Origin: Bryobacterales bacterium
GTDB lineage: Bacteria; Acidobacteriota; Terriglobia; Bryobacterales; UBA6623
DNA: 64,000 nucleotides
NCBI GenBank assembly: GCA_965263255.1
Contig: CBDHHA010000008.1
Span: 4,549,987-4,613,986, forward strand
Reading direction: 5' to 3'
The notes under the pieces are model-generated. The model worked only from the letters and a program-made list of their open reading frames with translations, was not told the origin of the DNA and did no database searches. This document shows, one piece after another, positions 17,155 to 26,362 of this stretch; position 1 is the stretch's first letter, and each line of letters starts with the position of its first letter. The position numbers and the translations under genes were made by a program.

Positions 17155-18453
17155 ATGCTCCGCCAAAGCCTAGTCGCCTACTTCGAACTCGAGCGGCTCG
17201 GAACGTCTGTCAGGACCGAGGTCGTGGCGGGAGCGACGACCTTTCTCGCGATGAGCTACATCATCGCGGTCAACCCGGCAGTGCTCGCCGATGCCGGCAT
17301 CCCCCCTGCCGCCGCGGCGTTCGCCACGTGCCTGGCCAGCGGCCTGGGCACCATCGCAATGGGAGTCTGGGCCCGGGCCCCCCTTGCCCTCGCACCCGGG
17401 ATGGGCCTGAATGCATTCTTCGCTTACTCCGTGGTGCAGGGCGCGGGACTGACCTGGCAGCAGGCCCTGGGGGTAGTGTTCCTTTCCGGGACGATCTTCG
17501 CGCTCACGACCGTCCTCGGGGGCAGGCAGGCGATTGCCAGGGCGTTGCCCGGGGAGCTGCTTCCGGCCATCAGCGCCGGCATCGGCCTTTTCCTCGTGGT
17601 CATCGGGCTCAACAATGCCGGCATCATCCGCAGCCACGAGGCCACCTTGGTGACCCGCGGCGACTTGGCCGAGCCCACAGCCCTTCTCGCTATGGGGACC
17701 CTCCTGCTCATTGCGACCCTGCTTTCTCGCGGGATCCGCGCCGGCATCCTAATCGGCATCGTGGCGGCCACTGCGGTTGCGATCCCGATGGGCCTCTCCG
17801 AAACGGCTTCCGCTCCGGGCGGCGGGGCACTGGACGCCTTGCTGCAGCTGGAGCTAGGGGGTCTTGTCTCGGTGGGGATCCTCGACTTGCTGCTTGCAAT
17901 GGTCTTCGTGGACTTCTTTGATTCGCTTGGCACCATGGTTGGCGTCGTCAAGAGAGCCGGCCTCGGGGACGGACCGGGTGGCACGCCCCGGCTGGGGCGC
18001 ATGCTCGGAGTGGATGCCGGGTCCACCATGGCAGGCGCGCTGATCGGCACCTCCACCATGACCACTTACATCGAAAGCGCGGCCGGTATCGCAGCCGGCG
18101 GGCGGTCCGGCCTGACTGCGGTCGTGACCGGCGCGCTCTTCCTCCTCGCGATTCCGGTCACGCCATTCGTCGCCGCGATACCCTCCGCCGCAGTTTCCGC
18201 AGCTCTCATCGTCATCGGGGCCTCGACCCTGGGCCTGGCGAGGGAGATTGACTGGGACGACATCGACACTGCGGTGCCGGCCCTCTTCCTGATTGCCGGA
18301 ATGCCCCTGACCTTCAGCATCGCCGATGGCCTTGCCATGGGCTTGATTGCCTACTCAGCGCTCAAGATCCTGCGCGGCCGCCCGGCCGACGCGGGCTGGC
18401 CGGTGCACCTGCTGGCGGCGGTCTTCGTGCTGCGCTACGCCCTACTGTCCTGA
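17155..18453 (+). CDS. NCS2-family nucleobase (adenine/guanine/hypoxanthine-type) permease
   Basis: The N-terminus LVAYFELERLGTSVRTEVVAGATTFLAMSYIIAVNPAVLADAGIP is the characteristic AzgA/PbuG-type opening. The protein is polytopic and hydrophobic throughout. Confidence 0.85.
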   Translation: MLRQSLVAYFELERLGTSVRTEVVAGATTFLAMSYIIAVNPAVLADAGIPPAAAAFATCLASGLGTIAMGVWARAPLALAPGMGLNAFFAYSVVQGAGLTWQQALGVVFLSGTIFALTTVLGGRQAIARALPGELLPAISAGIGLFLVVIGLNNAGIIRSHEATLVTRGDLAEPTALLAMGTLLLIATLLSRGIRAGILIGIVAATAVAIPMGLSETASAPGGGALDALLQLELGGLVSVGILDLLLAMVFVDFFDSLGTMVGVVKRAGLGDGPGGTPRLGRMLGVDAGSTMAGALIGTSTMTTYIESAAGIAAGGRSGLTAVVTGALFLLAIPVTPFVAAIPSAAVSAALIVIGASTLGLAREIDWDDIDTAVPALFLIAGMPLTFSIADGLAMGLIAYSALKILRGRPADAGWPVHLLAAVFVLRYALLS

Positions 18454-18463
18454 GCCGGGATCC

Positions 18464-19702
18464 TCAGGCCGTGGTGCGCGCGGCTTCCGAGAGCACCTTC
18501 TGGATCATCCGGCCAACGACCCGCTCGTCGCCCGGGTCCAGCATCCAGACAGCCACCTCGAGGCCGTTCTCGTAACCCGGGCGGACCTCGATGCTGGGCT
18601 CGCCCTGCCTCAGTCTCTCGGCCGCCTGGCGCGCGTCGAGGCCGGTGCGGGCGTAGTCCCATTGGATCCTCAGGTGCGGCACCGCGTTCGCGATCTCGGG
18701 AACGAACACCTCCGTGGATACCCCTCGCACGCCTCGCACGGCCTGCTCGATCCGCCGGCAGCGCCGTGTCCATTCCCGCCAGGTGTCCTCCTGGTCGCGC
18801 TCCAGGAACAGCTCCAGCGCGACCAGCATCCCTACGATCTCCTCCTTGTTGACCTTGTTCGTGCGGGCGACCGAGTCCGAGTTCGGGCTGTTGTTCAGGC
18901 GGGCGGCCTCGATCAGGTCGCGCCGTCCCAGGAGCAGGCCGGCCGACTGCGGGCCTCGCAGGCCCTTGCCGCCCGAATACGCGACAAGGTCGTATCCCAT
19001 CTTGGTGAAACGGAACAGGTTCTCCAGCGGCGGCACGTCGGCCGCCGCGTCGTTGAGTGTCGGCACGCCGTGCTTTTTCCCGATCCGCACGAATTCCTCG
19101 TGGCCGATCCGGCCCTTCTTCTCGCTGCTGTTGAGAAAGAAGAGCATCGCCGTGCGGTCGCCGATCGCAGACTCCATCTCGGCCGCCGTCTCCACCTCGA
19201 CCAGTCGGACTCCGCAGTTACGGATCGCGTGGTCGTAGCCGTTGCGATGAGACTTCTGCATGACGACTTCGTCCTTCATGCCGGCGGTGTCGGGCAGTCG
19301 CCTGATTCGCTCCCGGTCATCTCCTGCGACACAGGCTGCCGTGGCCAGCGTCAATGCCGAGGCGCATCCGGCGGCAACCAGCGCCGCCTCGCATTCCAGC
19401 AGCCCTGCAATCCGGTCGCCGACCTTCTCATGCAGCTCGTTCAGGTCGACGTAGCGGGTCGACGCCGACTGCATGGCGCTGATGACTTCCGGAGGCATCT
19501 TGGACGCGGTCAGCCTGGTGTAGGTGCCAGCAGCGTTGAGGAAGGTTCGGACCTCCAGTTCGCCGAGAACGTCGCGGGCCGCGATTAGTCGCCTGTTCTT
19601 CTTCGTTGCGCCCGGCAGGTCCGGCACGGCGGACCCGGCCGCTGCCAGGCCCAGAGCCGAAGTGAGGAATGCGCGACGGTCGCGCGACAGCCAATTGAAC
19701 AT
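18464..19702 (-). CDS. SelA-like / DgaE-like PLP-dependent enzyme with a Tat signal
   Basis: Tat leader MFNWLSRDRRAFLTSALGLAAAGSA. The PLP-lysine context YSGGKGLRGPQSAGLLLGRRDLI resembles the SelA-family motif SG-x-K-x-x-GGPQ-x-G. Confidence 0.6.
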   Translation of the reverse strand: MFNWLSRDRRAFLTSALGLAAAGSAVPDLPGATKKNRRLIAARDVLGELEVRTFLNAAGTYTRLTASKMPPEVISAMQSASTRYVDLNELHEKVGDRIAGLLECEAALVAAGCASALTLATAACVAGDDRERIRRLPDTAGMKDEVVMQKSHRNGYDHAIRNCGVRLVEVETAAEMESAIGDRTAMLFFLNSSEKKGRIGHEEFVRIGKKHGVPTLNDAAADVPPLENLFRFTKMGYDLVAYSGGKGLRGPQSAGLLLGRRDLIEAARLNNSPNSDSVARTNKVNKEEIVGMLVALELFLERDQEDTWREWTRRCRRIEQAVRGVRGVSTEVFVPEIANAVPHLRIQWDYARTGLDARQAAERLRQGEPSIEVRPGYENGLEVAVWMLDPGDERVVGRMIQKVLSEAARTTA

Positions 19703-19734
19703 CGGTCCCTCGATACCAGACCCAGCTTACGATA

Positions 19735-19759
19735 GCCGGCCCGGTTCAACGGGCCCGGC
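19735..19759 (-). terminator. Hairpin 9 nt downstream of the DUF1080 gene stop
   Basis: GCCGGCCCG-GTTCAA-CGGGCCCGGC forms 6 bp, a bulge, then 3 bp. On the minus strand it is followed by UAUCGUAAGCU, a weak U-tract. Confidence 0.35.
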
Positions 19760-19767
19760 CGGTGGCC

Positions 19768-20409
19768 TCAGAGCCTCTTGATGCGAATGTTCCGGAATTC
19801 GATCGGCTCGTTGTGGCCTAGGAACCCGATGTGCCCGGACTTGCGCTTCAGGCCCGGATGCCGGGCCAGAAGCGCCCGATCCTTAACCTCGGCGGTGTCG
19901 ACGTCGAGAATGGTGGTACCGTTCAGCACTACGCGGATCCTGCTTCCTTGCGCCGTCACTTCCTGGGCGTTCCATTCTCCGACAGGCTTGAGCGCGCCCG
20001 TCTTGGCCGGGGCGACATGGTAGAGCGATCCGTGCTTCTGCCAGGGCTTGATGTCCTTGTAGCGCTCGGAGGTGTTGTCGATGATCTGCAGCTCGTTCCC
20101 GTCATAGGCGAGACTCCGCCAGGCGAGCGGGCAGCGAACGCACAGGCCGTTGTTCGAGCCGTCCTCGAGCTTGAATTCGAATCGCAGCACGAAGTCGGAA
20201 TACTCCTCGGCCGAGAGGAGGTTTCCCCCGCTGCCGCGCGAGCATACGATCTTGCCGTCCTCGACGGTGTACCCCTCGCCGTGCTGGCCCAGCAGCACCC
20301 AGCCGTCGAGGGTGGAGCCGTCGAACAGGGATTCGAACCCCTCCTCCTGGGCCGCGGCCGGCCAGAGCGCTACGAGCGCGATCGCGAGTGCCGAGAAGAT
20401 CCGAGTCAT
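19768..20409 (-). CDS. DUF1080 (3-keto-disaccharide hydrolase-like, LamG fold) secreted protein
   Basis: ATG 20409 gives the signal peptide MTRIFSALAIALVALWPAAAQ. The motifs FESLFDGSTLDGW and the C-terminal GHIGFLGHNEPIEFRNIRIKRL are typical of DUF1080. The longer ORF up to 20739 lacks coding logic. Confidence 0.75.
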   Translation of the reverse strand: MTRIFSALAIALVALWPAAAQEEGFESLFDGSTLDGWVLLGQHGEGYTVEDGKIVCSRGSGGNLLSAEEYSDFVLRFEFKLEDGSNNGLCVRCPLAWRSLAYDGNELQIIDNTSERYKDIKPWQKHGSLYHVAPAKTGALKPVGEWNAQEVTAQGSRIRVVLNGTTILDVDTAEVKDRALLARHPGLKRKSGHIGFLGHNEPIEFRNIRIKRL

Positions 20410-20517
20410 GGCTAGCCCGCATGGTACCAGCGCGGATCGGCGAAGTCGAGCGGCCGGGAAACGCTGCAACGAGGCGGGAATTGCACCGTGTTCCGGCGGC
20501 CGGGAGAATAGGGGAGG

Positions 20518-20895
20518 ATGCCCCGCACACTCTATGAGGTTCTCGGCGAGAGCGGCTTCGAGCGCCTGACGCAGGCGTTCTACGCCCGGGTCCCGGACGA
20601 CGACATCCTCGGTCCGATGTACCCGGCCGGGCAGACCGAGGCAGCTCGGGTCCGGCTTCGCGATTTCCTCGTGGGGAGGTTCGGGGGACCACAGCGCTAC
20701 ATCGAGCAGCGCGGCCACCCCCGGCTGCGGATGCGACACATGCCGTTCCCGATCGACGAACGCGCTCGCGACCGCTGGATGGAACTGATGTCCCAGGCGC
20801 TCGACGAGGCCGGGTTCGAGCCGGAAGTGTCCGCGTTCCTGCTCCGCTACTTCGCCGACACCGCGACGTTCATGATCAACCGCGCCCCGGACTAG
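20518..20895 (+). CDS. glbO: Group II truncated haemoglobin
   Basis: 125 aa. The motifs LYEVLGESGFERLTQAFYARV, GPMYP, RFGGPQRYIEQRGHPRLRMRHMPFPID and RDRWMELM form the trHbO signature. Confidence 0.85.
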   Translation: MPRTLYEVLGESGFERLTQAFYARVPDDDILGPMYPAGQTEAARVRLRDFLVGRFGGPQRYIEQRGHPRLRMRHMPFPIDERARDRWMELMSQALDEAGFEPEVSAFLLRYFADTATFMINRAPD

Positions 20896-20904
20896 CCGGG
20901 ACCG

Positions 20905-21609
20905 CTAGAGGGCCTTCTCGAAGGCGTCGGCCACCTGCCGGGCGATGATCTCGTTCCCCTTGCGGTTCGGGTGGATGCCGTCGCTGTTGTTCAGATCCCT
21001 CACCATCGCGACGTTCTCGAGCAGGAACGGGATCAGCGGCAGGTCCATTTCCCCCGCGATCCGGGGGTAGACGGCCTCGAACTGGCCCACGTACTCGGGT
21101 CCGTAGTTGCGCGGCAGCAGCATGCCGGCCAGCAGCACCCGGGACCCGCCCTCACGGAAGCGGGCGACCATCTTGCGGAGGTTGCTCTCCATGGCGTCGA
21201 GCGGCAGGCCGCGCATGCCGTCGTTTGCCCCTAGCGCCAAGATCACCCACTCCGGATCGTGGCCAAGGGCGGCGTCGACTCGGCTGAGAGCCCTTGCGGT
21301 CGTGTCGCCGCTGACTCCCTCGTTGACGACCCGGAACGGGATGTCGCGACGGTCGAGCTCTGCCTGCAGCAGGGCAGGGTAGGAATCGCCCGCAGCCACG
21401 CCGTGGCCTGCGGTCAGGCTGTCGCCGAAGGCGACGATCACCGGCCTGGAATCGTCGGCCGGCGGGGCCGGGGCCTCCGAGCTGACCGCCTCCCACTCCG
21501 CGTCCGCCCTCGCGGCCGGCTCCTGTGTGCCGCATCCGGACAGCAGCAGGATCCCTGCCAGCGACGCCAGGCTGCCGCGGCACCGTAACGTCTCCGGACA
21601 GCCGGGCAC
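20905..21609 (-). CDS. SGNH/GDSL hydrolase (TesA-like arylesterase/lysophospholipase), lipoprotein
   Basis: Lipobox LLLSGC. Block I is VIVAFGDSLTAGHG, block III is GANDG, and block V is DGIHP. Confidence 0.8.
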   Translation of the reverse strand: MPGCPETLRCRGSLASLAGILLLSGCGTQEPAARADAEWEAVSSEAPAPPADDSRPVIVAFGDSLTAGHGVAAGDSYPALLQAELDRRDIPFRVVNEGVSGDTTARALSRVDAALGHDPEWVILALGANDGMRGLPLDAMESNLRKMVARFREGGSRVLLAGMLLPRNYGPEYVGQFEAVYPRIAGEMDLPLIPFLLENVAMVRDLNNSDGIHPNRKGNEIIARQVADAFEKAL

Positions 21610-21641
21610 CTATGCACATAATAGGGGACTCCGCTCCGCCC

Positions 21642-22364
21642 ATGCCGAATCCTGGCCCCGTGCTCGAGGTGCGAGGCCTCGCTAAGTCCATCCGCAGCGG
21701 TTCGCGCGTGGTGGAGATCCTGCGGGGCATCGATTTCTCCATCCCCGCCGGCACCTTCGCGGTGATTCAGGGGCCTTCCGGCAGCGGGAAGAGTACTCTG
21801 CTCGGCCTGCTCGCCGGCCTCGACAAGCCCTCCGAGGGCGACATCTTCGTGGACGGGGAACCGATCGCAGGGCTGTCCGAGGACCGGCTGGCGCTGCTGC
21901 GGGGGCGGAAGATCGGATTCGTGTTCCAGGCGTACCAGCTCGTTCCCACCCTGACCGCTCTCGAGAACGTCATGCTCCCCCTCGACCTGGCCGGGCTCGT
22001 TGACGCCGAGTCCAGGCAGCGCGCGGCGGCGCTGCTCGGGGAAGTGGGCCTGGGGGATCGAACGGACCATTACCCCGTCCAGCTCTCGGGCGGGGAGCAG
22101 CAGCGGGTTGCGCTCGCCAGGGCGTTTGTCGGCAATCCGCCGATCGTGCTAGCCGACGAGCCGACCGGCAACCTTGACAGCCGCAACGGATCGATGGTCC
22201 TGGAGATGCTGCTCCGGCTCAATCGCGACGCCGGCACCACCCTGGTGATGGTCACGCACGACGACCAGATCGCGTCCCGGGCCGGCCGGCGGATCTCGCT
22301 GATGGACGGACGGATCGTTGCCGATGACGTCCCCGAGCCCCTGGCGGACGCGCTGCTGGCCTGA
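21642..22364 (+). CDS. ABC transporter ATP-binding protein (YbbA/LolD/MacB-type)
   Basis: Walker A GPSGSGKST, signature LSGGEQQRVALARA, Walker B IVLADEPTGNLD, H-loop VTHD. It lies divergent from the TesA-like gene, as in the E. coli tesA/ybbA arrangement. The start is ATG 21642 or 21612. Confidence 0.8.
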   Translation: MPNPGPVLEVRGLAKSIRSGSRVVEILRGIDFSIPAGTFAVIQGPSGSGKSTLLGLLAGLDKPSEGDIFVDGEPIAGLSEDRLALLRGRKIGFVFQAYQLVPTLTALENVMLPLDLAGLVDAESRQRAAALLGEVGLGDRTDHYPVQLSGGEQQRVALARAFVGNPPIVLADEPTGNLDSRNGSMVLEMLLRLNRDAGTTLVMVTHDDQIASRAGRRISLMDGRIVADDVPEPLADALLA

Positions 22365-22396
22365 GCCCGGTGCCGCCGGGCGGGTGCTAGACTGGC

Positions 22397-22503
22397 TGTG
22401 GGCTTCGGACCCGTGCAGCGGGATGCCGTGAACCCCGCCAGGTCCGGGAGGAAGCAACGGTAGCGGCCACTGCCGCGTGCCGCGGTTGTATCCGGAGCCC
22501 ATC
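22397..22503 (+). ncRNA. ffs: Signal recognition particle RNA (small/4.5S type)
   Basis: The conserved domain IV core CCAGGUCCGGGAGGAAGCAACGGUAGC closely matches the E. coli 4.5S sequence CCAGGUCCGGAAGGAAGCAGC. The closing helix pairs GGGCUUCGGA (22400-22409) with UCCGGAGCCC (22491-22500). Its position immediately upstream of dnaX is the classical arrangement. The ends are approximate. Confidence 0.8.
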
Positions 22504-22528
22504 TCCGGCGTCGCCATCGGCCCAGACC

Positions 22529-24337
22529 ATGTACCAGGTCATCGCGCGCAAGTACAGGCCGCAGACCTTCGACGAGGTCGTCGGCCAGGAGCACGTCAAG
22601 CGGACGATCCGCAATGCCATCGAGCAGGGCCGGATTGCCCACGGGTACATCTTCTCCGGCCCCCGCGGCACGGGCAAGACCACCCTGGCCCGCATCCTGG
22701 CCATGGCGCTGAACTGCGAGGACGGCCCGAGCTCCTCCCCCGATCCTGCTTCGCCGGTGTGCCTGGAGATCGCCGCCGGCGGCTCGCTGGACGTAGTCGA
22801 GATCGACGCGGCGTCGAACCGCCGCATCGACGACATCCGCGAGTTGCGCGAGAGCGTCCGGTTCCGGCCTGTTCGCGACCGCTACAAGGTCTTCATCATT
22901 GACGAGGCGCACCAGATCACCGGCGACGCCTTCAACGCCTTGCTCAAGACTCTCGAGGAACCGCCCGAGTGGACGGTCTTCGTGCTCTGCACTACCGAGC
23001 CCCAGGCGATTCCCGCCACGATCGTGTCGCGCTGCCAGAGCTTCGCGTTCCGAGCTGTTGACCAGGCCGCGGTGCTGGCGCACCTGCGCAAGATCTGCGA
23101 GAGCGAGGGCGTGGAGGCGGACGACGACGCCCTCGTGGCGCTCGCCCTGGCGGGTGACGGCTCGATTCGCGACTCGCTGTCCACGCTGGACCAGGCGATC
23201 GCCGCCTTCGGCAAGCGGCTCGAGGCCGAGAGCGTCCGCGACCTGCTCGGAACCATTCCGGCGGAACTCGCCGACCGCATCCTCGCGGCGATCCGGGACT
23301 CCGATCCTGCCGCCATGCTGGCCGTGGCCGACGATCTGTTCCAGCAGGGGCGGCATCCGCAGCATTTCTGCGGGGAGCTGACGCGCCAGTTCCGGAACCT
23401 TCTGGTCATGAAGGTGGCCGGCATCGACTCGAAGCTGGTGGCCGCCGGCCAGGCCGAGCGCGAGGCAGCCGCCAGGTGGCTCGAGGACTTCTCCAACGAG
23501 GATCTCACGCGGTACGTGCAGGTCCTTCTGGCGCTATACCAGGACCTCCAGCAGGCGACGCAGCAGCGCTTCCGGCTGGAAGTGGGCTTGCTGAAGCTCG
23601 TGTACGCAGGCCGTCTGCGTCCGATCGAGCAGGTGCTCGCGGGTCTCGGCCAGGGCAGCGCCGGGCGGGCCGGCCGCCCCGCACCGCGAACCGGTGCCAC
23701 GGGCCCAGCGGGGCCCGCTTCGGCAGCGGGACCCCCGCGCCGAGGGACAGATGATGCCCCGCCGCCCAAGGGGCCTCCTTCCGGCACTTCCGCAGCCGAG
23801 AATTCAGCGGATGGACCGGTCGCGGCGGAACCGGAACCCGCGCCCGCTTCCAAGAATTCCGAACCGTCCGCGCCTGCCGGGGAATCGGAAGCTCCAGTCC
23901 AGGGCGCATCGCCCAACCAGGCCGAGGCTTCCCAGACCGACGACTTCAAGGGGAAGCTCCTCGAGGAGATCAAGCAGGTCGACGCCTATCTGCTGGACGG
24001 ACTGAAGGACTGTCGCCTGGAGCTTGATGGACGGGCCGTGACGGTGCACGTCAGCCCGAAGTGGCTGCCGATGGTGGAACTGCAGCGCGGGTTGCTGGAA
24101 GCGGCGCTGGTCGGCCTCGTGGGAGGCAAGCCCGATGTTAGACTCGTAAGCGACGCGGGCAGTGCGACTCCGAAGGGCCCGGCCGAACCCGAGGGTTCAC
24201 GCGAATCCGGTGGTTCCAAGGCAGCCGGGACGGATGAGGTCATCGAGCGCGCCCAGTCCGACCCGGCCTTCCTCGAGATCAAGAAGCGCATCGGAGGCCG
24301 CGTGACGAAAGTGATGGACTTGAGGGGGAGAGAGTAG
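22529..24337 (+). CDS. dnaX: DNA polymerase III subunits gamma/tau
   Basis: MYQVIARKYRPQTFDEVVGQEHV, Walker A GPRGTGKTT, Walker B FIIDEAHQ, and sensor CTTEP. A P/A/G-rich linker spans roughly aa 370-470. Confidence 0.9.
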   Translation: MYQVIARKYRPQTFDEVVGQEHVKRTIRNAIEQGRIAHGYIFSGPRGTGKTTLARILAMALNCEDGPSSSPDPASPVCLEIAAGGSLDVVEIDAASNRRIDDIRELRESVRFRPVRDRYKVFIIDEAHQITGDAFNALLKTLEEPPEWTVFVLCTTEPQAIPATIVSRCQSFAFRAVDQAAVLAHLRKICESEGVEADDDALVALALAGDGSIRDSLSTLDQAIAAFGKRLEAESVRDLLGTIPAELADRILAAIRDSDPAAMLAVADDLFQQGRHPQHFCGELTRQFRNLLVMKVAGIDSKLVAAGQAEREAAARWLEDFSNEDLTRYVQVLLALYQDLQQATQQRFRLEVGLLKLVYAGRLRPIEQVLAGLGQGSAGRAGRPAPRTGATGPAGPASAAGPPRRGTDDAPPPKGPPSGTSAAENSADGPVAAEPEPAPASKNSEPSAPAGESEAPVQGASPNQAEASQTDDFKGKLLEEIKQVDAYLLDGLKDCRLELDGRAVTVHVSPKWLPMVELQRGLLEAALVGLVGGKPDVRLVSDAGSATPKGPAEPEGSRESGGSKAAGTDEVIERAQSDPAFLEIKKRIGGRVTKVMDLRGRE

Positions 24338-24648
24338 TGAGTTTCCCGGGCAATCCCCAGAAGATGCTCCAGCAGGCGCAGGCCATGCAGGAGCAGCTCA
24401 AGAGAGAGATCGCTGCGATCCGCGTCGAGGCGTCGACCGGGGGCGGCATGGTCACCGTCAGGATGGACGGCGACAAGAAGATGCTGGGCATCGAGATCGA
24501 TCGCGAGGCCCTCGATGACGTCGAGATGCTCCAGGACATGGTGCTGGGTGCCTGCAACGAGGCGGTGAAACGCGTCGAGGAGGAAACGCAGCGCAGGGTC
24601 GGTGGAATGCTGGGCGGTCTCGGTCTCCCGGCCGGGCTGACGGGCTAG
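24337..24648 (+). CDS. ybaB: YbaB/EbfC nucleoid-associated protein
   Basis: 103 aa. KMLQQAQAMQEQLKREIAAIRVEASTGGGMVTVRMDGDKKMLGIEID is the family signature. The GTG start abuts the dnaX stop. Confidence 0.9.
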   Translation: MSFPGNPQKMLQQAQAMQEQLKREIAAIRVEASTGGGMVTVRMDGDKKMLGIEIDREALDDVEMLQDMVLGACNEAVKRVEEETQRRVGGMLGGLGLPAGLTG

Positions 24649-24679
24649 TGGGCACGGGCCAGGCGGGCTGGATCCGACG

Positions 24680-25285
24680 ATGCCGTCCGACGACCTCGCG
24701 GCACCGATGTCCCGACTGGTGGACGAGTTCAAGCGTCTTCCGGGAGTCGGGGCCAAGTCCGCCCAGCGCCTTGCCTTCCACCTGCTCGGGATCGACCGCA
24801 AGCGCGCCGAGGGCCTGGCCACGGCCATCCTCGAGATGCGCGAGAAGATCCAGCTCTGCGAGCGCTGCAACAACATCGCGGAGGGAGCCCTTTGCCCGCT
24901 CTGTAGCGATCCGAAACGCGACCACGCTCTCGTCTGCGTCCTCGAGCAGCCCAACAACATCATGGTCGTCGAGCGCACGCGAGCCTACCGCGGCGTCTAC
25001 CACATCCTGCACGGGGCTCTCTCGCCGCTGCGGAACGTCGGGCCGCAGGACCTCAAGATCCAGAGCCTCCTGGAGCGCATGCGCGACGGGGCTGTCCGCG
25101 AGATCATCCTCGCCACGAGTCCGACCACCGAGGGCCAGGCGACTTCCGCGTACCTAGGGAGGCTGCTCAAGCCGCTGGATGTCCGGATCACCAGGATCGG
25201 GCTCGGCATTCCGATCGGAAGCGAGCTCGAGTTCGTCGACGAGGCGACGATGATCGAGTCCATCGAGGGACGGCGCGACTTCTGA
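24680..25285 (+). CDS. recR: Recombination protein RecR
   Basis: The HhH motif is LPGVGAKSAQRLAFHLL. The Cys4 zinc finger is CERCNNIAEGALCPLC. The Toprim segment is VCVLEQPNNIMVVERT...ILATSPTTEGQATS. Confidence 0.9.
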   Translation: MPSDDLAAPMSRLVDEFKRLPGVGAKSAQRLAFHLLGIDRKRAEGLATAILEMREKIQLCERCNNIAEGALCPLCSDPKRDHALVCVLEQPNNIMVVERTRAYRGVYHILHGALSPLRNVGPQDLKIQSLLERMRDGAVREIILATSPTTEGQATSAYLGRLLKPLDVRITRIGLGIPIGSELEFVDEATMIESIEGRRDF

Positions 25286-25310
25286 CCCGTTCGATGGGCC
25301 CCGGGTCTTG

Positions 25311-26252
25311 TCAGGTCAGCTGCATGAACAGCTGGATCAAGGCGATCAGTTCCGGGGCCGCGTCTTCCTGGCAGAAATGGCCCGCCCGCTCGATCCGCAC
25401 CACGGGGCCTGCCGGGAACAGCGCCTGGAAGTCTGCGATCGCGAGATCCGGGGGGATCGCACGGTCGCGCATGCCCTCGGCCAGCATGGCCGGCTTGGAT
25501 CGCAAGTCCGGGACGCCGGCCGCTCCCGCCTTCACGTAGGCGCCGATCCTGTTGAGCGCAACGTCCAGCGGGAACTCCACGGCGCCCTTGCACTCCTCCG
25601 GTGTGCCGAAAGGGGCGGAGTACGCCGTCCGCTCCGTTTCGCCTAGCTCCGACGCCATCCCGAGGCGCGTCATGAGGCTGCCCGCGGTCCGTCCCAGCCC
25701 TTGCATGGTGCGGAGATAGGAGCCGTCCTCCAGTCCTGCGCGGACCCATCGGAACCAGTCCGATTCGTGGAGCTTGGGCGGCCGCGGCGCGTCCTTCGGC
25801 GCCACCATGGCTCCGTAGCCGCACACGCTGTTCATCAGGAAGATGCGCTTGACCCTCTCGGGATTCCGGACCGCGTACGCCGCGAGCATCGGGCCGCCCC
25901 AGTCCTGCCCGACGAATGTGATGCCGTCCAGCGAAAGGTCGTCGATGAGGGCGGCGAGGTTGGCGACGTGCGATTCCAGGGTGTATTCGCGGTCCTGCGG
26001 TGTCTCGCTCTTGCCGAAGCCCATGTGATCCGGAACGATCACGCGCCATTGCCGGGCCAGCGGCGGCACGAACTTGCGGTACAGGTACCCCCAGGTCGGC
26101 TCCCCGTGCAGGAGCACGATCGGCTCCCCGCTCCCCTCGTCCACGTAGTGCATCCGGAATCCCGCCGCGGTGCAGAAGCGAGCAGGGAAGGGGAAGGTGC
26201 CGTCGAACGTCTCGTGGGCGGGAATCATGTTCGCACCATCATAGGCCGGCAC
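25311..26252 (-). CDS. Alpha/beta hydrolase, haloalkane dehalogenase-like
   Basis: MHYVDEGSGEPIVLLHGEPTWGYLYR and the nucleophile-elbow motif FVGQDWGG (Asp nucleophile) are typical of the HLD/epoxide-hydrolase clade. Confidence 0.75.
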   Translation of the reverse strand: MPAYDGANMIPAHETFDGTFPFPARFCTAAGFRMHYVDEGSGEPIVLLHGEPTWGYLYRKFVPPLARQWRVIVPDHMGFGKSETPQDREYTLESHVANLAALIDDLSLDGITFVGQDWGGPMLAAYAVRNPERVKRIFLMNSVCGYGAMVAPKDAPRPPKLHESDWFRWVRAGLEDGSYLRTMQGLGRTAGSLMTRLGMASELGETERTAYSAPFGTPEECKGAVEFPLDVALNRIGAYVKAGAAGVPDLRSKPAMLAEGMRDRAIPPDLAIADFQALFPAGPVVRIERAGHFCQEDAAPELIALIQLFMQLT

Positions 26253-26362
26253 TCGGGCGGCAACCCCGGGCGAGGAGGTGGGGCATGCGAGAGCACGCTG
26301 CGAGGGCGCACCTGCGGGCGCTCCCGAAGGCAGGTGCTACACTCTGGCGAACTTCCACCGCA

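Noticed and set aside
22070-23973. Long minus-strand ORFs (22070..23365 and 22882..23973) across the ABC ATPase, ffs and dnaX
   Set aside because: They overlap an unmistakable dnaX and the SRP RNA, and their composition is that of GC-rich antisense frames.
22529-24337. Programmed frameshift or slippage site in dnaX (gamma versus tau)
   Set aside because: No A-rich slippery heptamer (A AAA AAG type) or poly-A run is visible in this GC-rich gene. A gamma product cannot be inferred from the sequence.
26000-26362. N-terminal extensions suggested by the ORF track (sulfatase from 26000, DUF1080 to 20739, TBDR-1 to 17062, Gfo/Idh/MocA to 51281, CRTAC1-3 from 11253)
   Set aside because: In each case an internal start yields a proper signal peptide, and often an SD. 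The extension also overlaps a neighbouring gene or is compositionally non-coding.
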